This document shows positions 37,090 to 47,199 of a stretch of 64,000 nt of DNA, piece after piece (position 1 is the stretch's first letter; every line of letters starts with the position of its first letter). The stretch is from Fimicolochytrium jonesii (Eukaryota): NCBI RefSeq assembly GCF_025526975.1, contig NW_026515703.1, forward strand, positions 186,001 to 250,000, in the 5' to 3' direction. The notes beneath the pieces were generated by a model. The model ran no database searches. It saw only the letters and a program-made list of their open reading frames with translations, and had not been told where the DNA came from. Both the position numbers and the translations under genes were made by a program.

Positions 37090-37712
37090 ATGGTATGTGG
37101 CGGGTTTACGAGCAATGTTTGGCGAGTGAAGAGAAGATAGTTCTCACCGTCTCTCCTTCCCACCTCCCCCCTTCCCCCCCCCCCCCCCCCCCCTCAACCC
37201 CCCATACTAAGTCAACAGCCCGCGCCTCCCGCAAAAAGCGCGCCGTCCGCCAAAACTCCAACATTTTCGCCATGTTCGACCAATCCCAAATCGCCTCCTT
37301 CAAAGAAGCCTTCTCGCTCATCGACCACGACTCCGACGGCTTCATCGACAAAGAAGACCTCAAGGACATGTTCGCCTCCCTCGGGTACCCCACCGACTCC
37401 TCGACGGACAACATGATCGACGCCATGATCGCCGAAGCCCCCGGCTCTATCAACTTCACCATGTTCCTCACCCTCATGGGCGAGAAAATGAGCGGCACCG
37501 ACCCGGAACTGGAGATATTGCAGGCATTTGAGAGCTTTGATGAGGGGAAGACCGGGACGATTGATGCGGAGGTGTTGAGGGAGTATATGATGAGCATGGG
37601 GGATAGGTTTACGGATGAGGAGGTCGATATCATGTATAAGGGGGCCCCTGTCACGGGAGGGAGTGAGTTCAACTATAGGGAGTGGGTTAGGGTGCTGAAG
37701 CATGGCGAGTAG
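37090..37712 (+). CDS. Myosin II regulatory light chain (EF-hand); lone ATG exon plus main exon
   Basis: ATG|GTATGT intron, then [50 protein letters not shown]...[13 protein letters not shown]...[11 protein letters not shown]...LKHGE*. The exact acceptor is uncertain. Confidence 0.92.
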
Positions 37713-38098
37713 GGGAGTGGGAGAGGTCGGACGGATGTGGCTTCCCGCGAGCACTTATGCCTATACGGTACGTTCATTTGAACACCAAAGTGGGGATATA
37801 TGTGGGGTAATGAAAACAAATTATCTACAAACTATCTGAGTACGCAGACACGATGAAAAGTGGAATATACGAAAAGGAGAGGTTTGAAAACAAGGGGAAA
37901 TATGAACATGCATGAAAGGGTATGGGACGTTGGGGTATCGCTATATATACTACAATGAGTGAACGTCCGGGGAAATAAACAAGGGTGTCGAGGTATCGGA
38001 GGGGCATATATCTCGATCTCGACGGGAAGGTGTTTGGATAATGTTCGTATGGGATGGGCGGGAACAGCAGAACAAAAAGCCTCGCTCTCTCCACCCGC

Positions 38099-38854
38099 TC
38101 ACGACTGCTTCAACGCATTCTTCCCTCCCACCTCCTGCCCATTGCCCACCTGCAACATCTTCATCCTCTTCACCAAAAAGCTCACAAACGGCAACAACAT
38201 AATTAACGTCCACAACATCTGCACAAAACTCCTCTCCTCCCTCCTCTTCTTCTCCATAACCTCGCTCTCCCTCCACTCCATCTCCTCCCCCACATCCGCA
38301 CTTGCCCACCACCCCTCCTTCAACCGCCCCTCCACCCTCGATGCCCTATGGTCCTCCTCCCACACAGGCGCGACCTTCACACCCAGGTGGAGATCATGCA
38401 AGAGTTCCGCGAAAGTTTCAATGGACCCCGCCGGCACGTCGACAGAGGAAGGGAATGCGACGGTGCGTGGACGGCAGGGGAAGAGGTGCGGGGGTTTGCC
38501 GGTCGAGACGCGGGTGTGGCACGCTTGGAGGAGAAGGTCGAGGAGGATCTCCGGGGTGAAGCGGGAGGGGTGCGTGAAGGAGGCGCGGATGAAGCCGTTG
38601 GAGTCGGTGATTATGCCGTTGAGGTTGTCTTGTGCCGCTGGGGGGGGATCACAATCGGAAGGTTAGCTCACTACTACTATATGCTTTGGCATGACGCTCG
38701 CTGGTCATTATCCCACGCCCGTGCCCAGGCCAAAGCATCCCACCAACCAACCTATAGTCCAATCCCCGTTCGACGGGTCATACGGCAGCCTCCGCGCATG
38801 CTCCACAGCAGCCCGCAGGGCCAGGTGATCCTTTGAGTATCTCGGCCCCGGCAT
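38099..38854 (-). CDS. Hypothetical protein with a C-terminal transmembrane helix, probably 2 exons
   Basis: MPGPRYSKDH... can splice in phase 1 to AQDNLNGIITDSNGF...VQMLWTLIMLLPFVSFLVKR...KQS*. No family recognised. Confidence 0.45.
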
Positions 38855-39372
38855 CCTACAGCTGTTCGAAACGGTCTTTTGTGGGTATCCGTGTGAATTG
38901 TTGTTGTTTTGACCTGGCTCTATGATGATACGCGTAGGAGTGGTGGACAGACGACGCTGTGATGGAGGCGATCTCGGCGTGGGAAGCGGTTTGGCTGCGT
39001 GACAAGATGATGGTGGTTGAGTAGGAAGGTGAGGAGTTGAAGCACGAGCCTTGCGACACCCGAGCATCCTTCCAGCGTCACATCCTTTTGTGCACAGACC
39101 CAAGGAATCCCCACGCGATGCACATCCAGATCCAGCAAGACGATCCGCGCGAACAAGATATCGAAACTACATATTTACATGCATGGATACATACATACGT
39201 AACATATGTGGTGCGTGGTGCTGTACAGAATAATCTCAAGAAATAGATACATAGGCGGAACTGGTATGAGGTGGTGCGAAGGGGGGGGTGCTATGTACTT
39301 TCTATAGGAATTGGGAGAGATGTGCTAAGAGAGATGGGAACATTGATGGGGGTGGTGCATGCGTGGGAGGGA

Positions 39373-42300
39373 TCAAAGCTTTCGACGGGTTACTTTGCGG
39401 ACCTATAGGAGTGGTATGAATGAGTACGGTCTATCGTTCGGAAGTGATGTCAAAATGTGATGCACACATACCGGGATAAGATCACCCTCATCCTCACTTT
39501 CCTCTTCCTGCGCTTCTTCTGCGGTCGGTGGATTCCGCCGTCCGTTCCGTTTGGTCGCTGGAGCTGCGGCGACTTTTGGCTTGACCGGTGAGGACGTGTC
39601 GGAGGCTTTCCGTTTGCTGGCTCGTGTTCCCGGGCGCTGAGACCAGAGACGACGGATATTCCAGTAAGAACCGAAGCCAGCCCACAAATGAAACAAATGA
39701 AACAAAAACCCAGACTCACCGCACCACCCCCATCCTTCGCCCCCTCAACATCACTACTTCGCACAATCCCACTATCCGTCTTCGTCACCACTTTCCTTCT
39801 CCGCGTCCGGGGAGCGGCGGCCTGCACTTCCGCCTCACCCTCCTCGTCATCATCAGCCTCAACCACCGGCGGCGCAACCACATCCCCATTTGGACGCCTC
39901 CCTTTCCGTTTCGCAGGGGATTCTCCTGCAGATCTGGGGGCTTTTGGGGTTGGTGATGGCGATGCATCCGGTGATAGTGTGGCTACTGTGGTTGTTGCTT
40001 TCGTCGCCCTTGTAGTCCGTGAGGGTTTCGCAAGCACTTTTTTGGGTGAAGGTACTTCGGCGTCTTCTGCTGCGTGCGCGGCCTTGTCGACGTCATCTTC
40101 GCTTTGATTGTTGGCATCGGAGGAGTGAGGGTTTACGACTTTCGATGTGGCTTTCGGTTGCGCTTTCTGACGCTTAGGGCGAATCGGCGACGTTGCTTCT
40201 GGAACCGTGTCCGAGTCTGAACCGGGAGGCTCTACCGTCTTTCGGCCACGCTTGTTCGCCTTCGTGAGATAAGTGTCAGCATTCATTCCCTGCTGTAGCC
40301 TAACATAACCCAACCACAAATCAAAGACTTTCTCACCTTCCCACTCGACGCCTCCCTCTCTCCACCCGAACCATCATTCTCCTTCTCCCCCTCGTCCTCG
40401 CCCTCGCCCTCCCCACTCACCTCCCCCCTTGCCTTCCCCTTCACACCCCTCCCCGCCCTAACCGGCGTCTTCACATCAACCATCCCCCCTTCCTCCTCCT
40501 CATCACTCGAAACCTCCCGTAAATTCCTCGCCGCCCGTGCACTCCTCGGCGCATTCTTCCTCTGCGGTGTCTCAACCGGCAAGCTCCCCTCCCGTTCCTC
40601 CCCACCACTCCGTCGCCGCTTCGCAGGCGTGCCCGTACTACCTTTCGATCCTTTTCGCGCTTTCCGCTTCGACCCAGCCTTCTCCTGATCCGACACGTCC
40701 TCATCACCCTCCCCCCCGCTCTCATTGTCAGACCCCTCCCTCGACCTATTCACATGCTCTTTCTCCCTCTTCACCACTTCGCGTTTCGGGCGAGTCGAAT
40801 GCCCCCCCGACGCCGCATTCTCCTTTTTGGCGCGGAGGTCGACAAGGGCTTTTGGGAGGTAGCTTCGTCGCGCGTTCTCGTTGCCGTGTGCGGAGGTGAG
40901 TTTTCCGAAGAGTTCTTTGGGGAGGTGCACGCGGCCGGGGTAGGACGGGAGGGACCAGTTGGCGTGGGTAGCTTTCTCTTGGATGAGGAGCTGCGTTAGG
41001 TCGGAGAGGATGTAGAGGTTCTGCAAGATACAAGCAAAGTGTTAGCAAAGCATCATCGGCATGACCGCGAAAACGGAAGGCAAGGAACTTACATCAGAAC
41101 TCTCACTCCACAAATCCCTCACAGTCTTCAACTTGCTCGCGACATAATACAAAAAGCTCGCATTATCCGCATTGGCAACGCATTCCAAAAAAAACTCCAC
41201 ATAAACCGCAAACATCATCAAATCGTCCACCTCCGTTCCAAAATCCGGATGATGCGCCAACAAATGCAAGAATTTCACAAGCGTATGTTCCACCAGACTC
41301 GCGTTGCCAGAGTCCCCGCCATTCGTCTCGTCAGTCGCTCGCAGCATCTTGGCTTTCCTAGTCAGGAAGGTTTTGACGCGGTTACGGAGTTCCACCTCCG
41401 GTTCGTGGGCCGCGAGCATGAGCACGGTCATGTACTCGAACTGCACGGCCTGGGTGGAGAGGTACAGCATGAGTTTGTCGACGAAGGCGTGGCGGACTTG
41501 GTAGATCGGGTCTTGCATGACGAGGGCGAGGCGGTGGGTGTCTTTGACGTCGATGACGGAGGAGGTGGTGGTGGCGTAGGAGGGTTGTTTGGCGAGTTTG
41601 AGGAGCGCGATGCCGGCTGTGAGACGGAGGTGGGCTTGAAAGGGTAAGGAGGTGTCTCTTGTAGCGACAATTTCGCCTTCGGAGATGAGGAGTCGACGGA
41701 TAAGTTTGAGAATGGGCACCGCGATTTCGGGCGTGAACGCTGTGGTTGTCATTGACGTCTCGCCGTTAGCCCCGGCGGCTAGGGCTATCAGTCGTTTGGT
41801 CAGGACTTTGAGGCCCAGGATTTTGATGACGCCTTCCGTCTCCAGATCCTCCAACTCGACCCAGTCCACGTCGTCCTCCGCAGCTTTCCGCCGGTTGACA
41901 AGCAGAACGTCCTTGACGATAAATGTTGACACGGCGGGATAATGCGCCTCAAACAAACCGGGAGAATGCCGCGCAAACTGCGCTAAAGCAGTCATATGCG
42001 TGGTCAGCTTCTCGTTCTCAAAGTTGAGGTTCTCCATAATAGTCTCCAAGACACTCCTGCAATCGTCCTCAGCCTCGCTTTGCCGGATATGCGCCAGCAC
42101 CACAACAGCGTTCTTCGCCTGCTGCGGCGTCCCCTCCAACGCGAATCTGACCAGCTTTGCTCTCGACGTGCTGTCGTTCGGCGCTTCCTCCGGGAACACC
42201 CTTGTAAACCTCGCGAGCGCATCCAACGAGTCCGCCACAAGCGCATCGTCATCGGAATCCTGCAACAATTGCGTGAACTGCTCGATATTACTCCTGTATA

Positions 42301-44618
42301 ACGCCGGAAACACCGTCGATATGTACTTCAACAGCGTCTCCGCGACCCGTCCCAGATTCTGCGCCTGCTTATCGTTCGGATTCCTCCGCGATTGCTGGAT
42401 CTTCTCGACCAAATGCGGAATCGTCGATTTCGTCACGACCGTTAGGCTGATTCTCCGGAGCAGGATGGCGAATGTCTCCATGATGGCCCCACCCAGCTGA
42501 TCGAGCCGCTTCGTAACCTCTTTGACATTCTTGACGAGCTGTTTGTAATCACTTTGCAGATCCATCATCCCTCTCAGCAACTTATACAGCCGCCCGTCGT
42601 TCGCCTTGGCGAATTTTTGCAGGTGGCTCGCGGCCTTTTTGGGCTCAGGGAAGCGTGAGGCGAGGTAGGTGATGCAATGGCCAAGAAACGTCTCGGTCTG
42701 CTGATGTTCGGTATCATCGTCCATTATCCCGCCGTTGTACTTTTCGCATTGATCGAGGTATGCCGCGGTGGCCTGCATCATTTTGGCCTGGCGATCCAGA
42801 ACGTTCACGAACGCCTTCAGTTGCCTGTTCGTCCAGAACACTGCCACGTTCAACAATCTATCCGACCGCAGTGCGTCGTCTACAGTAGGCGGGCAGATCT
42901 GCTCAAACAACGCCTTCTCCACAATCACTTTGAACCCCGGGTCCTCCAGGTATAGCAGGTCCAGAATTTCACCCGATATCCACGCGTATTTCGTCACGGC
43001 TGCTGCTTCACCGGCGGTCGAGTCGACGATTTCAGAGTACTTCAAATTGAAAACCTTCGCCAACGCATCAACAGTAACATCCCTCACATGCGCCCGCTTA
43101 TCCTTCATCCTCGATCCCGCCGTAACCAACAGCTCCGCACTGATGTTATGCGCTGATAAGACATCCAAGTTCGCCAAAAGGTTCAGAACCGCTGTTCGGA
43201 CCTTCTCATCGGGATCGATGCACTTTTCCTTCAACCCGGCATTTAACTCCGCGGCGAGATCCACGTGGTTTCTCAGGATCGGTAGTGTCCACTCGACCCA
43301 GGCGAGACGCACTGCCGCGTGCTTGTCGTTTCGTCGCCCGACCCATGATTTCCACACCTGCGGGTATTTTTCCGCGAGTTTGGATCCCGGGACGGAAAAC
43401 ATCTCTCCGAGGACTTTCGTAGCTAGTGTGCGCACGTTCGTGTATTCGACTTTCAGCTCTTCTTCGAGGAGTGGGATGACGTTGAGTAAGACTGCGGGAG
43501 ATGCTCGGTTGATTTGGAGGATCAGTGTGTGGGCTTCTTCCCATTGTTCTCTTTCTTCATCGTCTTCTAGGCCGTGTCCTGCTGCCATGATGGCTTCGCT
43601 GAAATACTGCATAGTGACAATGCATATGAATATCCGGTTCCTTCTCGTCATGCGCAGTCTCGCGCATGTCCTCAGATACTCACTTGACAAACGTAACGCT
43701 GCAGCTTCTCAGGACAGGAGTTACATAGGTCCGTCGCCATCTTATATGCACTCGGTCGATCATCCGGCTTACGAAAGAACGACAGTATAAGTTCTACCAC
43801 TTCCTGCGGGATATGGTGGCTCTCGTCAATCAGTTGCTGCAGGATGTCAACCATAGCCATCGTGACGCTCTTCGTCAGGTCGTGTCTATATCAGGGTGGC
43901 GTGTGAGCGCGGAAAAAGGGAATCCTAACAGCAGTATGAAAGTACCTCAGGAGATCAAAGAAAGACCGGAAATAGTCCACCACCAGATCGTCGGCATTCA
44001 GATCCGCCACGAGCACGACGCTCTTGACAGTCGAAAGACTGTCCAGCAGGTAGAAACACATTTGATAATATGCACTTGTCTTGTCGCTCAGTCCTTGCAT
44101 TTGCTTCAAGAAGAACTCAAATATTTCCTGTGTGATCAACCAGCATAGCATCAGTCTCGCCCCTCATATGCCTTCTCGTTCATCGCAAGCATACCCGCAG
44201 TTGGTTCTGATTATATGGCGCGTCAGGCGCAAACAGCCGTAGTATGTCCGCCAAGCAGCATGCGGTCAACACTCTCACGCCTTTGTCTTTATGCGCAAGT
44301 AGTGACTGTGAACGTAGGTCTTTTTGCACGGTTTGTAGAGACTTTGTGTCGACGGCTTCTTGTTCCATTATCCGTAAATCATTGTGGAGTTTCTAAGGAA
44401 ACGAAAATATCAGTTCTCTCCGCAGGCGCTGTCGACCTAGCCCCTGCCTGCCGACGGTGCGCAGACGTTTATCGCACCTTCAGTCTGTTGACCAACTCCG
44501 CTGTCGTTATTCCTTTCCCAACCGCTAATGGTACAATCCTCTGACTGAAGCTCAGCCGCTGCACTCCACGCCTGACGGGGGTATCCCCGCCTGCCTCGAA
44601 ACTAAAAGGGTCCGCCAT
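39373..44618 (-). CDS. PDS5: Sister chromatid cohesion protein Pds5 (HEAT repeats), multi-exon
   Basis: Motifs GITTAELVNRLK, LLAHKDKGVRVLTACCLADILRLFAPDAPY, YLLDSLSTVKSVVL, LLNVIPLLEEEL, DPDEKVR, FLHLLAHHPDF and NLYILSDL, plus a basic/acidic C-terminal tail ending VRKVTRRKL*. Confidence 0.95.
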
Positions 44619-45039
44619 TCCTTGCAACTGCGAAGTTCTATCCTCTCGGTGTTTTTGTTTAATGAGTTGGGCAAGCTATAAAGACGCCTTGTTTGCGGCT
44701 GCTGGCCCACAAACTCCACACAAGCTCTGTCGACCAAGGACGCGCCGGTGTCCGAAAAAGAGCTTCGACGGGAGAATCACTTCCCTCCACTGTGTCTGCG
44801 GCAGTACCGACTGTTAGCGGGAGCCGTTGATGTTGGAGTAAGTTATTCCCGACCCCGCTGAGCACCACTCGTAGTGTCCGAGATGTACTGTATGTCGAAA
44901 GACGGTGGAGATGTGCGGAGTGGTGAACATGTGTCCGACCGCTACATTCGCAAGGAGAATTAACCAAAAGGGGGCTGTGTCGTTCATTAACTATCCAGAA
45001 TCTGATTCATGTCCTTTCAAATACAGGTTCTTTTAACCA

Positions 45040-45112
45040 GCTTCCTTAGCTCAGTTGGGAGAGCGTTAGACTGAAGATCTAAAGGTCTCGCGTTCGATCC
45101 GCGAAGGGAGCA
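45040..45112 (+). tRNA. trnF-GAA: tRNA-Phe(GAA), copy 3
   Basis: Identical to copies 1 and 2, with a T7 terminator at about 45123-45129. Confidence 0.97.
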
Positions 45113-45431
45113 TCCGATTATATTTTTTTCCGTTTTTTGGCTTTGGCGTTTGTGCCATCCTCGCTCCTGACGACAGCAATAGAGAGGTTATATCTCCCCA
45201 GAACAAAAACGAGTTCGACCGCAAAACGAGTTCCCAAACTACCGGTAGACAGCCACTGGTTGCACGCTCTAGGCGTTTATACAAACTCGTCGTTGTCATT
45301 GGCCTCAGCGCCCACATACATTTTCCAAAGCTGATCGCTTGAGGGGCAGCCTGGATTTGGGCACGCGCGACAGTCCACTTTGCCATTCCGAGATCTTGAC
45401 AACCAACATCCTTCTCAGGAGGAAGCCAAAT

Positions 45432-46166
45432 ATGGACGGCAACAGTAGTTCTGGCCTCCTGTCCGCATTGCCCTCAACCGCCGCCTCCTCAACCGCATTG
45501 CCCTCAACCGCTCAACAGCCCAGTGCAAACAAAAGACTCCAACGGAAATTGATCCGACCTTGCCACGACATCGTCCTGTTGAAAGAAGTCATAAATATTT
45601 ATCCTTATGGCGTTCCTCGCAACGTGCGAGCGGGAGCCTGGCAGCAAGGAGCGAAGAACGCAAACGAGGGTTGCCGTGAAGTGATCTTTGATGAGCGCCG
45701 TGCGCGAGATCGCACCAAACACCTGGTGGAAACTATGCGACGTGCCGAGCAGGAATCTCTGCGCACCTCCGGCAAAGAGGAAGAGTACGATGAGCGGGAG
45801 CAGCTTCTTACAGATCTCATTGAGATGATTGATGAGGGGGAGGTTCTGAAGACGACTGACAAAGACAAACGTGATAGGGAGGAAGCGCAGGGCAAGCTGT
45901 TGCGGGCTCAAGCGCTTGAAGCCCTTGGCTCATGCTCACAGTTGGCGTCAGGGTACAGTAGCCACGAGGAAAATGAGATGCCTCAAAGCGCCAAAAAACG
46001 AAGGCGAGGGTTAGATTTGGACATGCAGGAGTGGTTGAAGGAGGATGCCATTGCACATAGTCGTCAACTCGATCTGGAAGAGCGACGCATTGCAGCGGAA
46101 GAGAAACGCAATGAACAGATGGACACACTTATCCAGTTTTTGTTTCGTTGGGATGGAGGTATTTAG
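45432..46166 (+). CDS. Harbinger accessory Myb/SANT-like DNA-binding protein
   Basis: DIVLLKEV...PY...AWQQGAKNAN...RRARDRTKHLV...SLRTSGKEEEYDEREQLL followed by a coiled coil. This pattern is typical of the Harbinger second ORF, and it lies inside the TIRs. Confidence 0.8.
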   Translation: MDGNSSSGLLSALPSTAASSTALPSTAQQPSANKRLQRKLIRPCHDIVLLKEVINIYPYGVPRNVRAGAWQQGAKNANEGCREVIFDERRARDRTKHLVETMRRAEQESLRTSGKEEEYDEREQLLTDLIEMIDEGEVLKTTDKDKRDREEAQGKLLRAQALEALGSCSQLASGYSSHEENEMPQSAKKRRRGLDLDMQEWLKEDAIAHSRQLDLEERRIAAEEKRNEQMDTLIQFLFRWDGGI

Positions 46167-46172
46167 CGTAGT

Positions 46173-47199
46173 TTATTGTGGGTTTATAGCATTTGCGGTC
46201 TCCAAATACACATCTACGGAGGGAGGTCCAACGTGGAAGAACAAAGAAGCTACACTACCGTACATACAAGTGTGAATGTTCGTGAATAAAGCAGCAACCA
46301 TATAGTATTTTGCAATTGGCCGCAGAAGAATTTTCATGTTCTTCTTGAAGTCCGTCAAGGCGAAATATTGCAGAACCTTCCCGAAGCCCCATTCAACGGA
46401 AACACAAGCAGTGCTCATCCGTTTATTGAACTCAGCTTCGGCTGGTGTCAGGGTGGAGCCCTTGTAGCCGCAAACCAGCCAAGGTTTCAAAGGGTACGCC
46501 GGATCACCATAAATGATGTACTGGATATCGTCAAATTGGGTGTAAGGCTGCATCTTTTCTTCCAGCAAGCTCTCTTTCAGAATCCGTGCGTCGTGTCGTT
46601 TGCCAATAAAAGGGCCACTGAGATGGATGATGATTCCCGTCGGGGGTGGTGACGGATTGGTACTTGAGGGCGTGTACACGCTTGTGTCCGTTGTAGACTT
46701 GCTTCTGGTGCCGGGAAGGCCATGTGTTAGGACGAACCGTCCCGTCAATGAATCCGACGCAGGTTCTCAAAGCACCGGTCTTTCTATGAATTGCGTCGCT
46801 GAATTGCTGAAGACAGGTGCGATCAAGGCGGCGACCGTCAATCTCAAACAATATTTTGTATTGGTTGTAGAGCAAGTCTACGGTCCGATTGAGGATGGTG
46901 GACATCCAAGGAAGGGGTTGTCCAAACATATCTTCCAATTCAACCCATCTACAGGGATATGCAAGGCGCCAAAGAACAAGAAGGATCGCCTCCTCCTTTG
47001 TGGCCCAGAAATTGGAGTATTTACTGCGGATGGTTTCCGGCAGCTTCAGCGCATCAACAAGCTGTGGAAAATCATCCTGGTGAAAACGGAACAGCTTGTA
47101 AAACTTGTCGGGGTTCATGGCTCTCCAATCCAGACAGTCGCCTCCGCGAAGGCGCCTTTGTTGCTGTTGCCACAGGATATACAGGGCAGGGGGGCGCAT
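46173..47199 (-). pseudogene. Harbinger/HARBI1-like DDE transposase with a single +1 frameshift
   Basis: FRF...EEAILLVLWRLAYP (HTH), then CVGFIDGT...YNGHKRVHALKYQ..TPDG, a frame change near 46634-46638, then IIIHLSGP..GKRHDA...IYGDPAYP...FNKRMS..VSVEWGFG. The D-D-E triad is intact. Confidence 0.9.
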
